Of a stretch of DNA of 64,000 nt, positions 28,155 to 37,362 are shown one piece after another; position 1 is the first letter of the stretch; each line of letters starts with the position of its first letter. The notes under the pieces are model-generated. The model worked only from the letters and a program-made list of their open reading frames with translations, searched no databases and was not told where the DNA came from. The stretch covers positions 1-64,000 of the forward strand of contig JBFMAF010000040.1 of NCBI GenBank assembly GCA_040755995.1. Direction: 5' to 3'. The position numbers and the translations under genes were made by a program. The stretch comes from Acidobacteriota bacterium (GTDB lineage Bacteria; Acidobacteriota; CAIWXX01).

Positions 28155-29579
28155 ATGTCGATGTCACGCGCAATCGAGATCGTGACCCGGGCCGCCGCAT
28201 GCGCAGCGGCCTTTCGCAAGCTCGACCAGAGGCAGACGGATCGCGTCGTCCGAGCGGTCTACCTTGCAGCCATGGGCCAGCGGGTAAAGCTCGCCAAGAT
28301 GGCGCACGAGGAGACGGGCATAGGGGAGTGGCGGCACAAGGTGATCAAGAACGTCATCGCCACCCAGTTGGTGTATGAGGATATCAAGAACCAGAAAACC
28401 GTAGGTGTAATCTCGGAGGACTCGCTGAAGGGGCTGGTGGAGGTGGCCCAACCGCTCGGCCCGATCCTTGGGTTGATCCCTGTGAACAACCCGACGTCAA
28501 CCACGATCTTCAAGGCACTGATCTGCATGAAGACGCGCAACCCGCTCATCATCAGCCCGCATCCTGCGGCCCGCAAGTCCATCAGCGCTTCCGCTGAGAC
28601 CTGCTACGAGGCGGCCCGGGAAGCCGGCGCGCCCGAAGACTGCATCCAGTGGCTCGACAAGCCGTCAAGCAAGACGACCGACGAGCTCATGAAGCAGCCG
28701 CGTCTGGCGCTTATTCTGGCAACCGGCACCGACACGCTCGTGCGAAAGGCCAGCATGTCCGGCACGCCTGTGATCGGTGTCGGGCCGGGGAATGTGCCCG
28801 TGTACATCGGGGAGACGGCGGATATCCCGTTTGCTGTACGGAGCATCGTCGAGTCGAAGACTTTCGACAACGGGAGCGTGTGCGCGAGCGAGCAGGCGGT
28901 GGTGGTGAAGAAGGCGGTGGCGGAGAAGGTGATGGCCGAGTTCCGGCGCCAGGGCGGCCACTTCCTGAGCCCCGAGGAGATCGAGAGGGTCAGCCTCATT
29001 GCGTACGATGAGAAGCGAGGGGCGATGACCCCGCGTATTGTAGGACAGAGTGTGCAACGAATCGCGGAAATGGCCGGGATCACCGTCCCGCGCGGATCAG
29101 TCTTGCTGCTCGCCCCGCTTACCGCAATCGGCAGGGACCAGCCGCTTTCGGCGGAGATACTGGCGCCGATACTGGCCTTCTACATCGAAGAGGACTTTGA
29201 CCCGTCCATCCGGCGGTGCTCGGAGGTCACGCGATTCGGCGGCCTGGGCCATACGGCCGTTATCTATTCGAACAGAGACGAGCGCATCGAGTATTTCTCC
29301 CAAGTCGTGGACGCCAGCCGAATCCTGGTCAACATGCCGTCCACTCAGGGGGCGCTGGGCGGCATCTTCAACACGCTCAGCCCGTCGTTCACGCTCAGTT
29401 GCGGCACCGGCGGGAACAACATCACCACGGACAACATCACCGCCCGGCACCTGCTCAACATCCACCGCATCACTCGCAGGAGACCCAATCCGCGCTGGGT
29501 CGGCTTCGACCAGCAGCGCTATCTGGACGAGTCGGCGACGCCCGAGGCGATCGAAGCTGGATTTAATCGGAACTACTGA
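28155..29579 (+). CDS. CoA-acylating aldehyde dehydrogenase (like the AdhE N-terminal domain)
   Basis: PLGPILGLIPVNNPTST, GVGPGNVP, SKTFDNGSVCASEQ, EILAP, GHTA. Confidence 0.9.
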   Translation: MSMSRAIEIVTRAAACAAAFRKLDQRQTDRVVRAVYLAAMGQRVKLAKMAHEETGIGEWRHKVIKNVIATQLVYEDIKNQKTVGVISEDSLKGLVEVAQPLGPILGLIPVNNPTSTTIFKALICMKTRNPLIISPHPAARKSISASAETCYEAAREAGAPEDCIQWLDKPSSKTTDELMKQPRLALILATGTDTLVRKASMSGTPVIGVGPGNVPVYIGETADIPFAVRSIVESKTFDNGSVCASEQAVVVKKAVAEKVMAEFRRQGGHFLSPEEIERVSLIAYDEKRGAMTPRIVGQSVQRIAEMAGITVPRGSVLLLAPLTAIGRDQPLSAEILAPILAFYIEEDFDPSIRRCSEVTRFGGLGHTAVIYSNRDERIEYFSQVVDASRILVNMPSTQGALGGIFNTLSPSFTLSCGTGGNNITTDNITARHLLNIHRITRRRPNPRWVGFDQQRYLDESATPEAIEAGFNRNY

Positions 29580-29708
29580 ATGGCGATGTAGTCTCCGAAA
29601 TCCGGTCGCCCTGGACAAGCTGCTACGGGAGCGGGACTGGCGACATTACCTTCCGTGTGCGCGTGCTGGTTGCCAGCCGAGCCTCGGCAGGTGTAGTGTC
29701 TCACCCTT

Positions 29709-31007
29709 GTGCACTGGATAGTTTCGGTCCCTGCGTTCGTGAAGGTCACGGTGACCTTTGCGAGCATACTCATGGTGACCCGTCTCAAGGTTCCCCTGGG
29801 GCTCTCCATCCTGCTGCACTCGCTCCTGCTCACGGCGTGGTCGGGGGCAGGGACAGAGGGTTTCCTCCATCAGGCCGAGAGCCTGCTCCTACCGGAGAAC
29901 TACCTCCTGCTCGTCCTGATCTACCTGCTCTTGTTCTTCACCGAGGCGCTCAATGTCACGGGCAGGATGGAGCAGACGGTGAACGCTTTGAAAAGGCGGT
30001 TCCGGAGCATGCGATTCCTCATCGCCGGGCTGCCCGCTCTGGTGGGACTTCTGCCGATGCCGGGTGGCGCCCTTATCTCGGCTCCGCTTCTCGACTCAGT
30101 CGATACGCGGAAGCAACTCGACCCGGCGCACAAGTCGATCCTGAACTACTGGTTCAGACATATCTGGGAGTACTGGTGGCCGCTTTATCCCGGGGTCATC
30201 ATGGCGGTCAAGTACGCTGCTATTCCGGCGGGCCTCTTCTTCATGATTCAGATGCCGTTCACGATCGCCGCCGCGGTCATTGGGTACTTCCTTCTGTTGC
30301 GGAGGGTGAACACGGAGGACCGCGTTGGTGACGGCGAGGCGCTCGATTTCGGAGCCGTCTCGTCGACGCTGGTGCCGATCGGCCTCCTCGTCGGCACTTC
30401 GATCGCGGGTTCGTTTCTCCTGCCCCTCTCCGGACTGAACGACACCCTCGCCAACATCGTCTCGGTGCTCCTCGGACTCCTCCTCGCACTCCTTCTCGTC
30501 TTCCACAACAACGGGCGGGTCTTGCGGAAAGCGGCTCGCATGACGAGATCGAAATCGACGTGGCTCATGATGCTGGTGGTGCTTGGGATACAGGCGTTTT
30601 CGACGACGCTCAAGACGCCGCTCGGGCACGGGGCAACGCTGGTCTCGCTCATGCGCGACGAGTTTTTCGCGATTGGCGTGCCGCTGGTGCTCGTCATGAT
30701 CGCGATACCGTTCGTTTCAGGGGCTGTGACGGGGGTGGCGCTCGGGTTTGTCGGAGCGAGCTTTCCGCTTGTGTTCGCTCTGCTCGGGCATGCCCCGCCG
30801 CTCAACGAGCTCGTCGCGACCTGCGCGCTGGCATACGGGTCAGGGTACATGGGCATGATCATGTCGCCGGTGCACATCTGTTACGTTGTATCGAACCAGT
30901 ACTTCAAGACCGGGATGCACGAGACCTACCGCTACCTCTGGAGATCTGTCATCCTGATGTTCGCAGTCTCGTTCTTTCTTGCCGGAACCTACTACCTCGC
31001 GTTCTAG
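29709..31007 (+). CDS. DUF401 family membrane protein
   Basis: PALVGLLPMPGGALISAP, NYWFRHIWEYWWPLYPG, SPVHIC. Confidence 0.85.
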   Translation: MHWIVSVPAFVKVTVTFASILMVTRLKVPLGLSILLHSLLLTAWSGAGTEGFLHQAESLLLPENYLLLVLIYLLLFFTEALNVTGRMEQTVNALKRRFRSMRFLIAGLPALVGLLPMPGGALISAPLLDSVDTRKQLDPAHKSILNYWFRHIWEYWWPLYPGVIMAVKYAAIPAGLFFMIQMPFTIAAAVIGYFLLLRRVNTEDRVGDGEALDFGAVSSTLVPIGLLVGTSIAGSFLLPLSGLNDTLANIVSVLLGLLLALLLVFHNNGRVLRKAARMTRSKSTWLMMLVVLGIQAFSTTLKTPLGHGATLVSLMRDEFFAIGVPLVLVMIAIPFVSGAVTGVALGFVGASFPLVFALLGHAPPLNELVATCALAYGSGYMGMIMSPVHICYVVSNQYFKTGMHETYRYLWRSVILMFAVSFFLAGTYYLAF

Positions 31008-31044
31008 AAGCGCTGGCGCTGACGAGCTCTGATCCGGGGCGTCG

Positions 31045-32214
31045 TCACTGAGGTCGCAGGTGGCGCCTGGTGAACATCCAAGAGCCGGCGGCGAAGCACA
31101 CTGCCGTGAGAAAGACGATGGCTCCCAGCTCGAAGGATGCATCTCCGAGTCCGGCCTTATTATTCAGGATTTTCCCGATGGCGGCGCTGGCGTGGGTTGT
31201 GGGAAGTATGTCATTCGCGTTGATGACGCGGCCGCCGAGTGTGAACACACGTAAGCTCGGCAGCGGGATCATGCCGCCGGAGAAGAACATCAGGATGAAA
31301 TACGGAAAGCACCCGACGGTCATCAGGTCGAAGATGGTCCGCAACGAAGCGGCCACGAGGACGCTGATGGCCATGACGGCAAGCGAGGACAGGATGCCCA
31401 CTACCGCAAGCGCCAGGAGCGACCCGGAGCTCCTGTAGCCCAACGAATAGGCGGTGAGGTAAGTGAGGGCGAGCGCCCCCAGCCCGATGATCACCTGCGT
31501 AGTGGACTCGGCCAAGAGCCACTCGAACGGCGTCATGTTGGACATCCTGAGGCGAACGATCGTGCCCTTGTCCTTCTCCCTGATCAGCGAGCCGGCTGCC
31601 GTGAACATCAGGTTGATGAAGGCCAAGACAAGGAGTCCGGGAACGTAGAGGTCGAAATCGGAGAGCGATCTGGCAGCGCCGCTCTGCTCCACCTGCACCT
31701 CCAGCGGTCCTCTATCTCCGGTGAGCAACGAGGACAGCTGGTAGGCCGTGTAGTCTGCCCACACGGCAGCCATGAGGTAGCTTGCGTTGGATCGATCTCC
31801 GAACGTCTTGATGACGGCGGGCGGCGGCGCTTTCCCCTGCATGTAGTCCACGAGGACTCGCGAAAAGTCCTCGGGTATGATCACCGCCAGATCCGCAGCC
31901 CGGTCGTTCACCCGCTTCCTCGCTTCGTCCATGTCCCCGGCTGTGCGCACGCTCACGATCTGGGCTCCCTGTTCGGATCTCACCTTCGAAAGCTCCTCGA
32001 CCAATCGCTCTCCGGCGTTGAAGGCAGCGCCGTTCCTGTCGGCCGCCCCCTTGTCGAGATTCAGAACGGTGATCTGGTAGACCTTGGTTGCGCTGTCGAA
32101 GTAGAAGTACATCAGGAAGACAAAGAACGGGGCTATCGAAAGGACGAGGATGAGCACCTTCCAGTCCCGGATGTTCTCCGTCACGCTCTTCCGGAACAGC
32201 GCGAGCCACCTCAT
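31045..32214 (-). CDS. ABC-2 transporter permease
   Basis: TM helix, extracytoplasmic domain, then further TMs; REKDKGTIVRL; FFSGGMIP. Confidence 0.9.
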   Translation of the reverse strand: MRWLALFRKSVTENIRDWKVLILVLSIAPFFVFLMYFYFDSATKVYQITVLNLDKGAADRNGAAFNAGERLVEELSKVRSEQGAQIVSVRTAGDMDEARKRVNDRAADLAVIIPEDFSRVLVDYMQGKAPPPAVIKTFGDRSNASYLMAAVWADYTAYQLSSLLTGDRGPLEVQVEQSGAARSLSDFDLYVPGLLVLAFINLMFTAAGSLIREKDKGTIVRLRMSNMTPFEWLLAESTTQVIIGLGALALTYLTAYSLGYRSSGSLLALAVVGILSSLAVMAISVLVAASLRTIFDLMTVGCFPYFILMFFSGGMIPLPSLRVFTLGGRVINANDILPTTHASAAIGKILNNKAGLGDASFELGAIVFLTAVCFAAGSWMFTRRHLRPQ

Positions 32215-33161
32215 TCTCGCAGCCTCCTCCCCGTCAACGCTATGAATACGTCTTCGAGCGTCTTCTTGCGAACGGCGTAGTCGACGACTTGGATCTCCGA
32301 GCTCCTCAGTCTCTCCATCAAGAGCGGGAGCACCCGGAGCAGGTCCGTCCCGACAAGTCTCAGCGCTCCATTCTGACAGGTGACGCGCTTCACCTCTTCA
32401 GCAAGCTCCGTGCGCAGCCATGCCACCAGTTCGGGCGCGTCTCGTGAAAGCTGAACCTCCAGGATGTCCCCTTCGCCGATGTGGTTCTTGAGGTTCTCGG
32501 AAGTGTCCAGCACAAGCAGCTTCCCGTGGTCGATGATCGCAATCCGGTCGGCCAGACGATCGGCCTCGTCCATCTCGTGCGTCGTCAGGATGACGGTGGA
32601 CTTCCGGGCCAGGCTCTTGATGAACTCGCGGACCAGTATGCGGCTCTGTGGATCCAACCCCGCCTGTGGCTCGTCCAGTATGAGGATCTCAGGCTCTTGA
32701 ACGAGAGCGAGTGCGATGTTCAGCCGCCGCTTCATCCCACCCGAAAGGGTCTTTGCGAGGTGGTGTGCCCTCTCAGTCAGGCCGAGCCGGTCGAGCAGAT
32801 CGCGCGATCTCCTGCGTGCCTCCCTGCGCGGAACGTCGTAGACGCAGCCGACGAACTCGATCTGCTCCTGGCACGTCAACGATTCCCAGATAACCAGCTC
32901 CTGCGGGCAGAGGCCGATCATTCGCTTGTGGTCGCGGAAATCGCTCGCCACCCGCCGGCCGTTCAGGAGCACCTCTCCTGAGTCGATCTTGAGGAGGCCG
33001 CAAATCATGCTGATCGTGGTCGTCTTTCCCGCTCCATTCGGGCCGAGGAAGCCGAAGACCTCGCCGCGGAGGACGTCCAACGACAGGTCGTTGACGGCGA
33101 CCAGGCCGCCGTACGACTTGGTCAGGCCTCTCAGGCTGACTGCGACATCAGAGCCGGCCAT
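32211..33161 (-). CDS. ABC transporter ATP-binding protein
   Basis: GPNGAGKTT, LSGGMKRR, ILDEP, TTH. Start chosen from a GGAG RBS. Confidence 0.93.
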   Translation of the reverse strand: MAGSDVAVSLRGLTKSYGGLVAVNDLSLDVLRGEVFGFLGPNGAGKTTTISMICGLLKIDSGEVLLNGRRVASDFRDHKRMIGLCPQELVIWESLTCQEQIEFVGCVYDVPRREARRRSRDLLDRLGLTERAHHLAKTLSGGMKRRLNIALALVQEPEILILDEPQAGLDPQSRILVREFIKSLARKSTVILTTHEMDEADRLADRIAIIDHGKLLVLDTSENLKNHIGEGDILEVQLSRDAPELVAWLRTELAEEVKRVTCQNGALRLVGTDLLRVLPLLMERLRSSEIQVVDYAVRKKTLEDVFIALTGRRLRE

Positions 33162-33256
33162 CCACATTCTCCGGGCTGCATCGACGAAGTCTGGTGTCCA
33201 CTGAACCATCGCAGCCGTCCCTGCGCCCCCAAGCCGAATTCACTGATCGCATCGGA

Positions 33257-33337
33257 CTTGGGCATGCCACGCTGCTCACATATCTCCCGGACTCGCTTCC
33301 CAACCTGCCATCCGTTCATGCCCGGCATCCCGAGGTC
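33257..33337 (-). pseudogene. Receiver-domain remnant
   Basis: Isolated DLGMPGMNGWQVGKRVREIC segment without the rest of the domain. Confidence 0.65.
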
Positions 33338-33399
33338 GGCTTCGCCCATGCCCTGCAGGACGATCTGATGGATTTGACTGTGGTCCATGATAAGCCCCC

Positions 33400-34041
33400 T
33401 CATCGCGAGAGGATTGCCCGAACTGGTGATGCCTCGCAGCCTTTGATTCTCAACGGAAGGCACAGAAGGGTGTACCGGCCCGGAGAGACCGCACCCAGGT
33501 CGATTCCTTCCAGGATAAGAACGTCTCTTCCCAGGAGCCTGCGATGGGTTGGGAAGGCCTGGTCACCGTACTGTTCGATGGTGATGTAATCGATGCCCAC
33601 CAGGCGGACGCCTTTCGTCGCACATACATCGGCGGCTTCAGGCGAGAGATACACGAACTGCTCGGAAAAGACTGCTGATCGCGAGCGGCCTTGCCGAGAG
33701 TTCTCAGTCTTGAACAGGAGGGCACCGCCCGGCTCGATCTGCAGGCGTTCCAATTCGGCGGGTCGTATCACTCTCTTGTCTTCGATCTCGACAACCTCGG
33801 CCGGAAGGATAAACTCCGATACTGAGAACTGGTCGATGGTCTTTCCGCCCGCAATGAAGTGAGCCGGTGAATCCAGATGAGTCCCGGAATGCGCGCTCAT
33901 AGTGAGCCTGGACAGATCATATAGGCCACCCTCTCGTAGGGTCCAAACGAGATCTCTAGAGAACGGCGTGTCTCCCGGGTAGTCTATGGAATCCCCACCC
34001 AGGGTGACGCTGATGTCGTAGACAAGATGAGAAATTCTCAT
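33400..34041 (-). CDS. Cyclase family metal hydrolase (kynurenine formamidase-like)
   Basis: HSGTHLDSPAH, VGIDY, LCLPLRI..EASPVRA. Confidence 0.92.
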   Translation of the reverse strand: MRISHLVYDISVTLGGDSIDYPGDTPFSRDLVWTLREGGLYDLSRLTMSAHSGTHLDSPAHFIAGGKTIDQFSVSEFILPAEVVEIEDKRVIRPAELERLQIEPGGALLFKTENSRQGRSRSAVFSEQFVYLSPEAADVCATKGVRLVGIDYITIEQYGDQAFPTHRRLLGRDVLILEGIDLGAVSPGRYTLLCLPLRIKGCEASPVRAILSR

Positions 34042-34293
34042 CGGGCCCATGCCTCCTGAGAAGGTCCCTGCAATGACGAGCCGTTCCATTCTTGCAGATC
34101 GGGCCGCAGATATCAACTTCACCGCGCCATCGGGCGCTTAGCGAATCTGCAGGAGGGCTTGGTCGCCGCTCCCAAGTCGTACCCCTACCCCTTCTCGTGC
34201 ACGTTCCCGACGCATCCTACCCGGGTACGCGAACGGATACGGGTACCGGCACGGTCCATGGGCACGAGCCGCGGCCCCGCGGCCCAGGCGTCC

Positions 34294-34323
34294 TTGTCAC
34301 GATCCGTCTGGGCGTGGTAGCAT
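34294..34323 (+). promoter_or_regulatory. Putative sigma70 promoter for the histidine kinase
   Basis: TTGTCA-N18-TAGCAT with an extended TG. Confidence 0.45.
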
Positions 34324-34426
34324 TGTTTTCCACTGGATGCCGATGAGCTGACCAAGAGATCAGGCAGATGGAGGACTCCTGCTAAGTGTCTTCAGGGACT
34401 GGCGGATACGGACGCTGCTGCCGGTA

Positions 34427-35869
34427 GTGCTGATCCACGCGACCGCTTTCGTGGTCCTGTACCTGGCGGTATACCGGATAGCGGTTGGTGAGATTCTCAG
34501 GACGCACAAGGTCGGAGCTGCGATTCTACTTGATGAGGTGGAGTTTGTGCTCGGCAGCTACATGCAGGCACACGATGCCTCCACCGTTCGCGCCACGATC
34601 AAGGAACAGTCTCGCACCAAGCACGCCATGACGCTCCATCTTTTCGATCCGCGCGGCCTACTGGTGGCTTCGAACGATGGCGCCGCCACGGAGGCGGACA
34701 CGTCGGAGTACCGGAAGGCACTCGATGCCGCCGCACCAGGGGGAACAGCATGGTCGACGCGCGAGGACGGCGGATACAGGTTGTACGGGACCAGACTGAT
34801 CGCCAACAGCCCTCAGTGCTTCGGATGTCATGATCCGCGTTGGAAGTCCACGGGCACCATCCAGATGGCTCTCGACCTGACCCCCTACATGGACGACGCC
34901 AGGGGCCGTCTCCGATTGCACCTCGGGATACTGGCGGCAGTGTGGATCGGACTCCTTCTCGTCATGACACGAGTGAAGGACAAGGTGATCGGGCAGCCTA
35001 TCGCGCGGATAAAGCGCACCATTGCCGACGCGGGCCTCGACACTCGACCAGCCGGCGACAAGGACCTGGACGCACTGGCGTCGAATCTGCACGAGGCGCT
35101 GTGGGAGCTCATCGAGAAGCAACGCCGTCGAGAACAGAGCATCACGACGAAGATGGCGCGCGCCGAGCAGCTGGCAGCTCTAGGCGAGCTGGCCGCCGGG
35201 CTCACGCACGAGATCAAGAACCCGCTGGCAGGCATCGCCGCAGCAGTCGAGGTCCTTCGGAGCGAGCTGCCGGCCGAACAGACTCGGGTTCGCCAGATTC
35301 ACGATGAGATCCTCCGGGAAGTAGCCAGAGTGAGCGCGACGCTGGACGGACTCTTGAGCGTCGCACGGCCGCGCCCGCCGCAGCGGAAAGAAGTGGATCT
35401 CGGCTCGATCGTGCGGGACGTCGTGGTGCTCGTCGACCCGCGGTTGCGCGGACGCGGAATCAAACTCGATGTCGAAGCGGCCTCGGTCATGCCCAAACTT
35501 TCGCTCGATCCGGGTCTGATCACACAGCTCCTGCTCAACCTGCTCAACAACAGCATACAGGCACTTCCTTCGGGTGGACGGATCGCCGTTCTTCTGTCGC
35601 CGTTCCCGAAAAACGACGGCGTCGTCCTCGTCGTGGCTGACACCGGTCAGGGAATCGAGGCCCAGCACCTCGAGAGGATCTTTGAGCCGTTCTTCACGAC
35701 GAAGGAGCACGGGACGGGACTGGGACTGACCATTTGCCGGCAGATCGTGGAACAGCACGGTGGTACGATCTCGGTGGAAAGCGAACGCGGAAAAGGCACG
35801 AAGGTTGTGATCCTTCTGCCGATGAGCGCGAAAGGTTCTGGCAGCGATGGCCCTGATACTGCTCGTTGA
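34427..35869 (+). CDS. Sensor histidine kinase with an extracytoplasmic CxxCH motif
   Basis: Two TMs flank CFGCH; HEIKNPL, NLLNNS, DTGQGI, PFFTTK, GTGLGL. The true start may be about 16 codons upstream. Confidence 0.92.
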   Translation: MLIHATAFVVLYLAVYRIAVGEILRTHKVGAAILLDEVEFVLGSYMQAHDASTVRATIKEQSRTKHAMTLHLFDPRGLLVASNDGAATEADTSEYRKALDAAAPGGTAWSTREDGGYRLYGTRLIANSPQCFGCHDPRWKSTGTIQMALDLTPYMDDARGRLRLHLGILAAVWIGLLLVMTRVKDKVIGQPIARIKRTIADAGLDTRPAGDKDLDALASNLHEALWELIEKQRRREQSITTKMARAEQLAALGELAAGLTHEIKNPLAGIAAAVEVLRSELPAEQTRVRQIHDEILREVARVSATLDGLLSVARPRPPQRKEVDLGSIVRDVVVLVDPRLRGRGIKLDVEAASVMPKLSLDPGLITQLLLNLLNNSIQALPSGGRIAVLLSPFPKNDGVVLVVADTGQGIEAQHLERIFEPFFTTKEHGTGLGLTICRQIVEQHGGTISVESERGKGTKVVILLPMSAKGSGSDGPDTAR

Positions 35870-37229
35870 AGACGAGAACCTTCTGCGCTGGGCGCTGCGC
35901 AGAAAGCTCGAACAGCGCGGGCACGTGGTGCACGAGGCCGCGGACCTGGCAGAGGCGCACTTCCACGTAACGCAACATCGCCCCGAAGTAATCATCCTCG
36001 ACGTCAACCTTCCCGACGGCAACGGGCTCGACTTCCTAGCCTCACACCAGGACTCGATCACCGAGAGCATGGTGCTCGTCATCACGGCGGTCGGACAGGT
36101 CGAGGATGCTGTGCGGGCGATGAAGATGGGGGTGATCGACTTCCTATCGAAGCCCGTCGACCACGAACAGCTTGTGGCCGCGATCGAGCACGCCGTGGCG
36201 CGGCAGCGGGAGCGGAGCGAGGCCGAGGGGTTCCGTCGCGCGCGTGAGGGGCTTACTCGTGTCAAGATCATCGCCGCCTCACCGGCGATGCGCGACGTCC
36301 TCACGCTCGCTACAGGTGTGGCCGCTTCCACCGCGACGACGATCCTCATCGAGAGCGAGACCGGCACAGGCAAGGAGATTCTCGCCCGCCACGTCCACGC
36401 CAACTCGCCTCGCGCGGACGCTCCTTTCCTGGCGCTGAACTGTGCCGCCCTGCCCGAGCACCTCGTCGAAAGCGAGCTCTTCGGCCACGAAAAGGGAGCG
36501 TTCACGGACGCCAAGGCGACCAGGAAAGGGATCTTCGAGCTGGCCAACAGCGGCACAGTGGTGCTCGACGAAATCGGCGACCTGCCGATTGTGCTTCAGG
36601 CCAAGCTATTGCGATTCCTCGAGGATTGGACGTTCCGCCGGATCGGAGGCTCGCGCGAAATCATGGTGGACGTGCGCGTGGTCGCTCTGACGAACCGGAG
36701 CCTTGATGAGCTCGTCGCCGCCGGTGAGTTCCGTCGCGATCTGCTTTACAGGCTCAATGTCTTCCCGATCACCATCCCGCCGCTTCGCGATCGTCGAGAG
36801 GATATCGAACCGCTGGCCCTGCATTTCGTCCAGCTCTTCAACGAGAGACTGAAGAAGAACGTGCAGGGGCTGACCTCCGCGGCTCTTGGCAAGCTGATCG
36901 CCTACCCGTGGCCGGGAAACGTTCGAGAGCTGCGGAACGCGATCGAGCGGGCGGTGATCCTCGAACGGGGCACCAGCCTCGACGCCGCTGCGTTTCCTCT
37001 GGATTTCGTCGAGCAGGCGCAGCGCGCCTCCAGCCTGCCTGCCAGCTTCCCGGACGGAATGGGACTCGACGAGGTCGAACGATTGGCGCTCCAACGCGCG
37101 TTGGACGCGTGTAACTGGAATCAGAGCCACGCGGCTCGTCTCTTGAAGATCTCGCGCGACCGGCTCCGGTACAAGATGAAGAAGCACGGCCTGGCTGGAC
37201 ATGACGGAGTGGGAGCCCTCAGCGAGTGA
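35847..37229 (+). CDS. Sigma54-dependent (NtrC-type) response regulator
   Basis: Receiver domain; ETGTGKE, ESELFGHEKGAFTDA, WPGNVREL; Fis-type HTH. Confidence 0.95.
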   Translation: MALILLVEDENLLRWALRRKLEQRGHVVHEAADLAEAHFHVTQHRPEVIILDVNLPDGNGLDFLASHQDSITESMVLVITAVGQVEDAVRAMKMGVIDFLSKPVDHEQLVAAIEHAVARQRERSEAEGFRRAREGLTRVKIIAASPAMRDVLTLATGVAASTATTILIESETGTGKEILARHVHANSPRADAPFLALNCAALPEHLVESELFGHEKGAFTDAKATRKGIFELANSGTVVLDEIGDLPIVLQAKLLRFLEDWTFRRIGGSREIMVDVRVVALTNRSLDELVAAGEFRRDLLYRLNVFPITIPPLRDRREDIEPLALHFVQLFNERLKKNVQGLTSAALGKLIAYPWPGNVRELRNAIERAVILERGTSLDAAAFPLDFVEQAQRASSLPASFPDGMGLDEVERLALQRALDACNWNQSHAARLLKISRDRLRYKMKKHGLAGHDGVGALSE

Positions 37230-37362
37230 TCCGAGGCCTCACATAGTGCGAGGCCGGCCTGACGGCTTCCGCTGTTTCGAGTGCCGGCGCGATGCCTCGC
37301 GCGAAGCGGAGCCCCCGTAGGGCCAATTCGTACGCGGACTTTTCAGGCCGTCGCCTCGGCCC

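Noticed and set aside
34170..34270. Degenerate hexamer-like, self-complementary tract
   Set aside because: It is a single low-complexity copy with no regular repeat-spacer structure, so it is not CRISPR.
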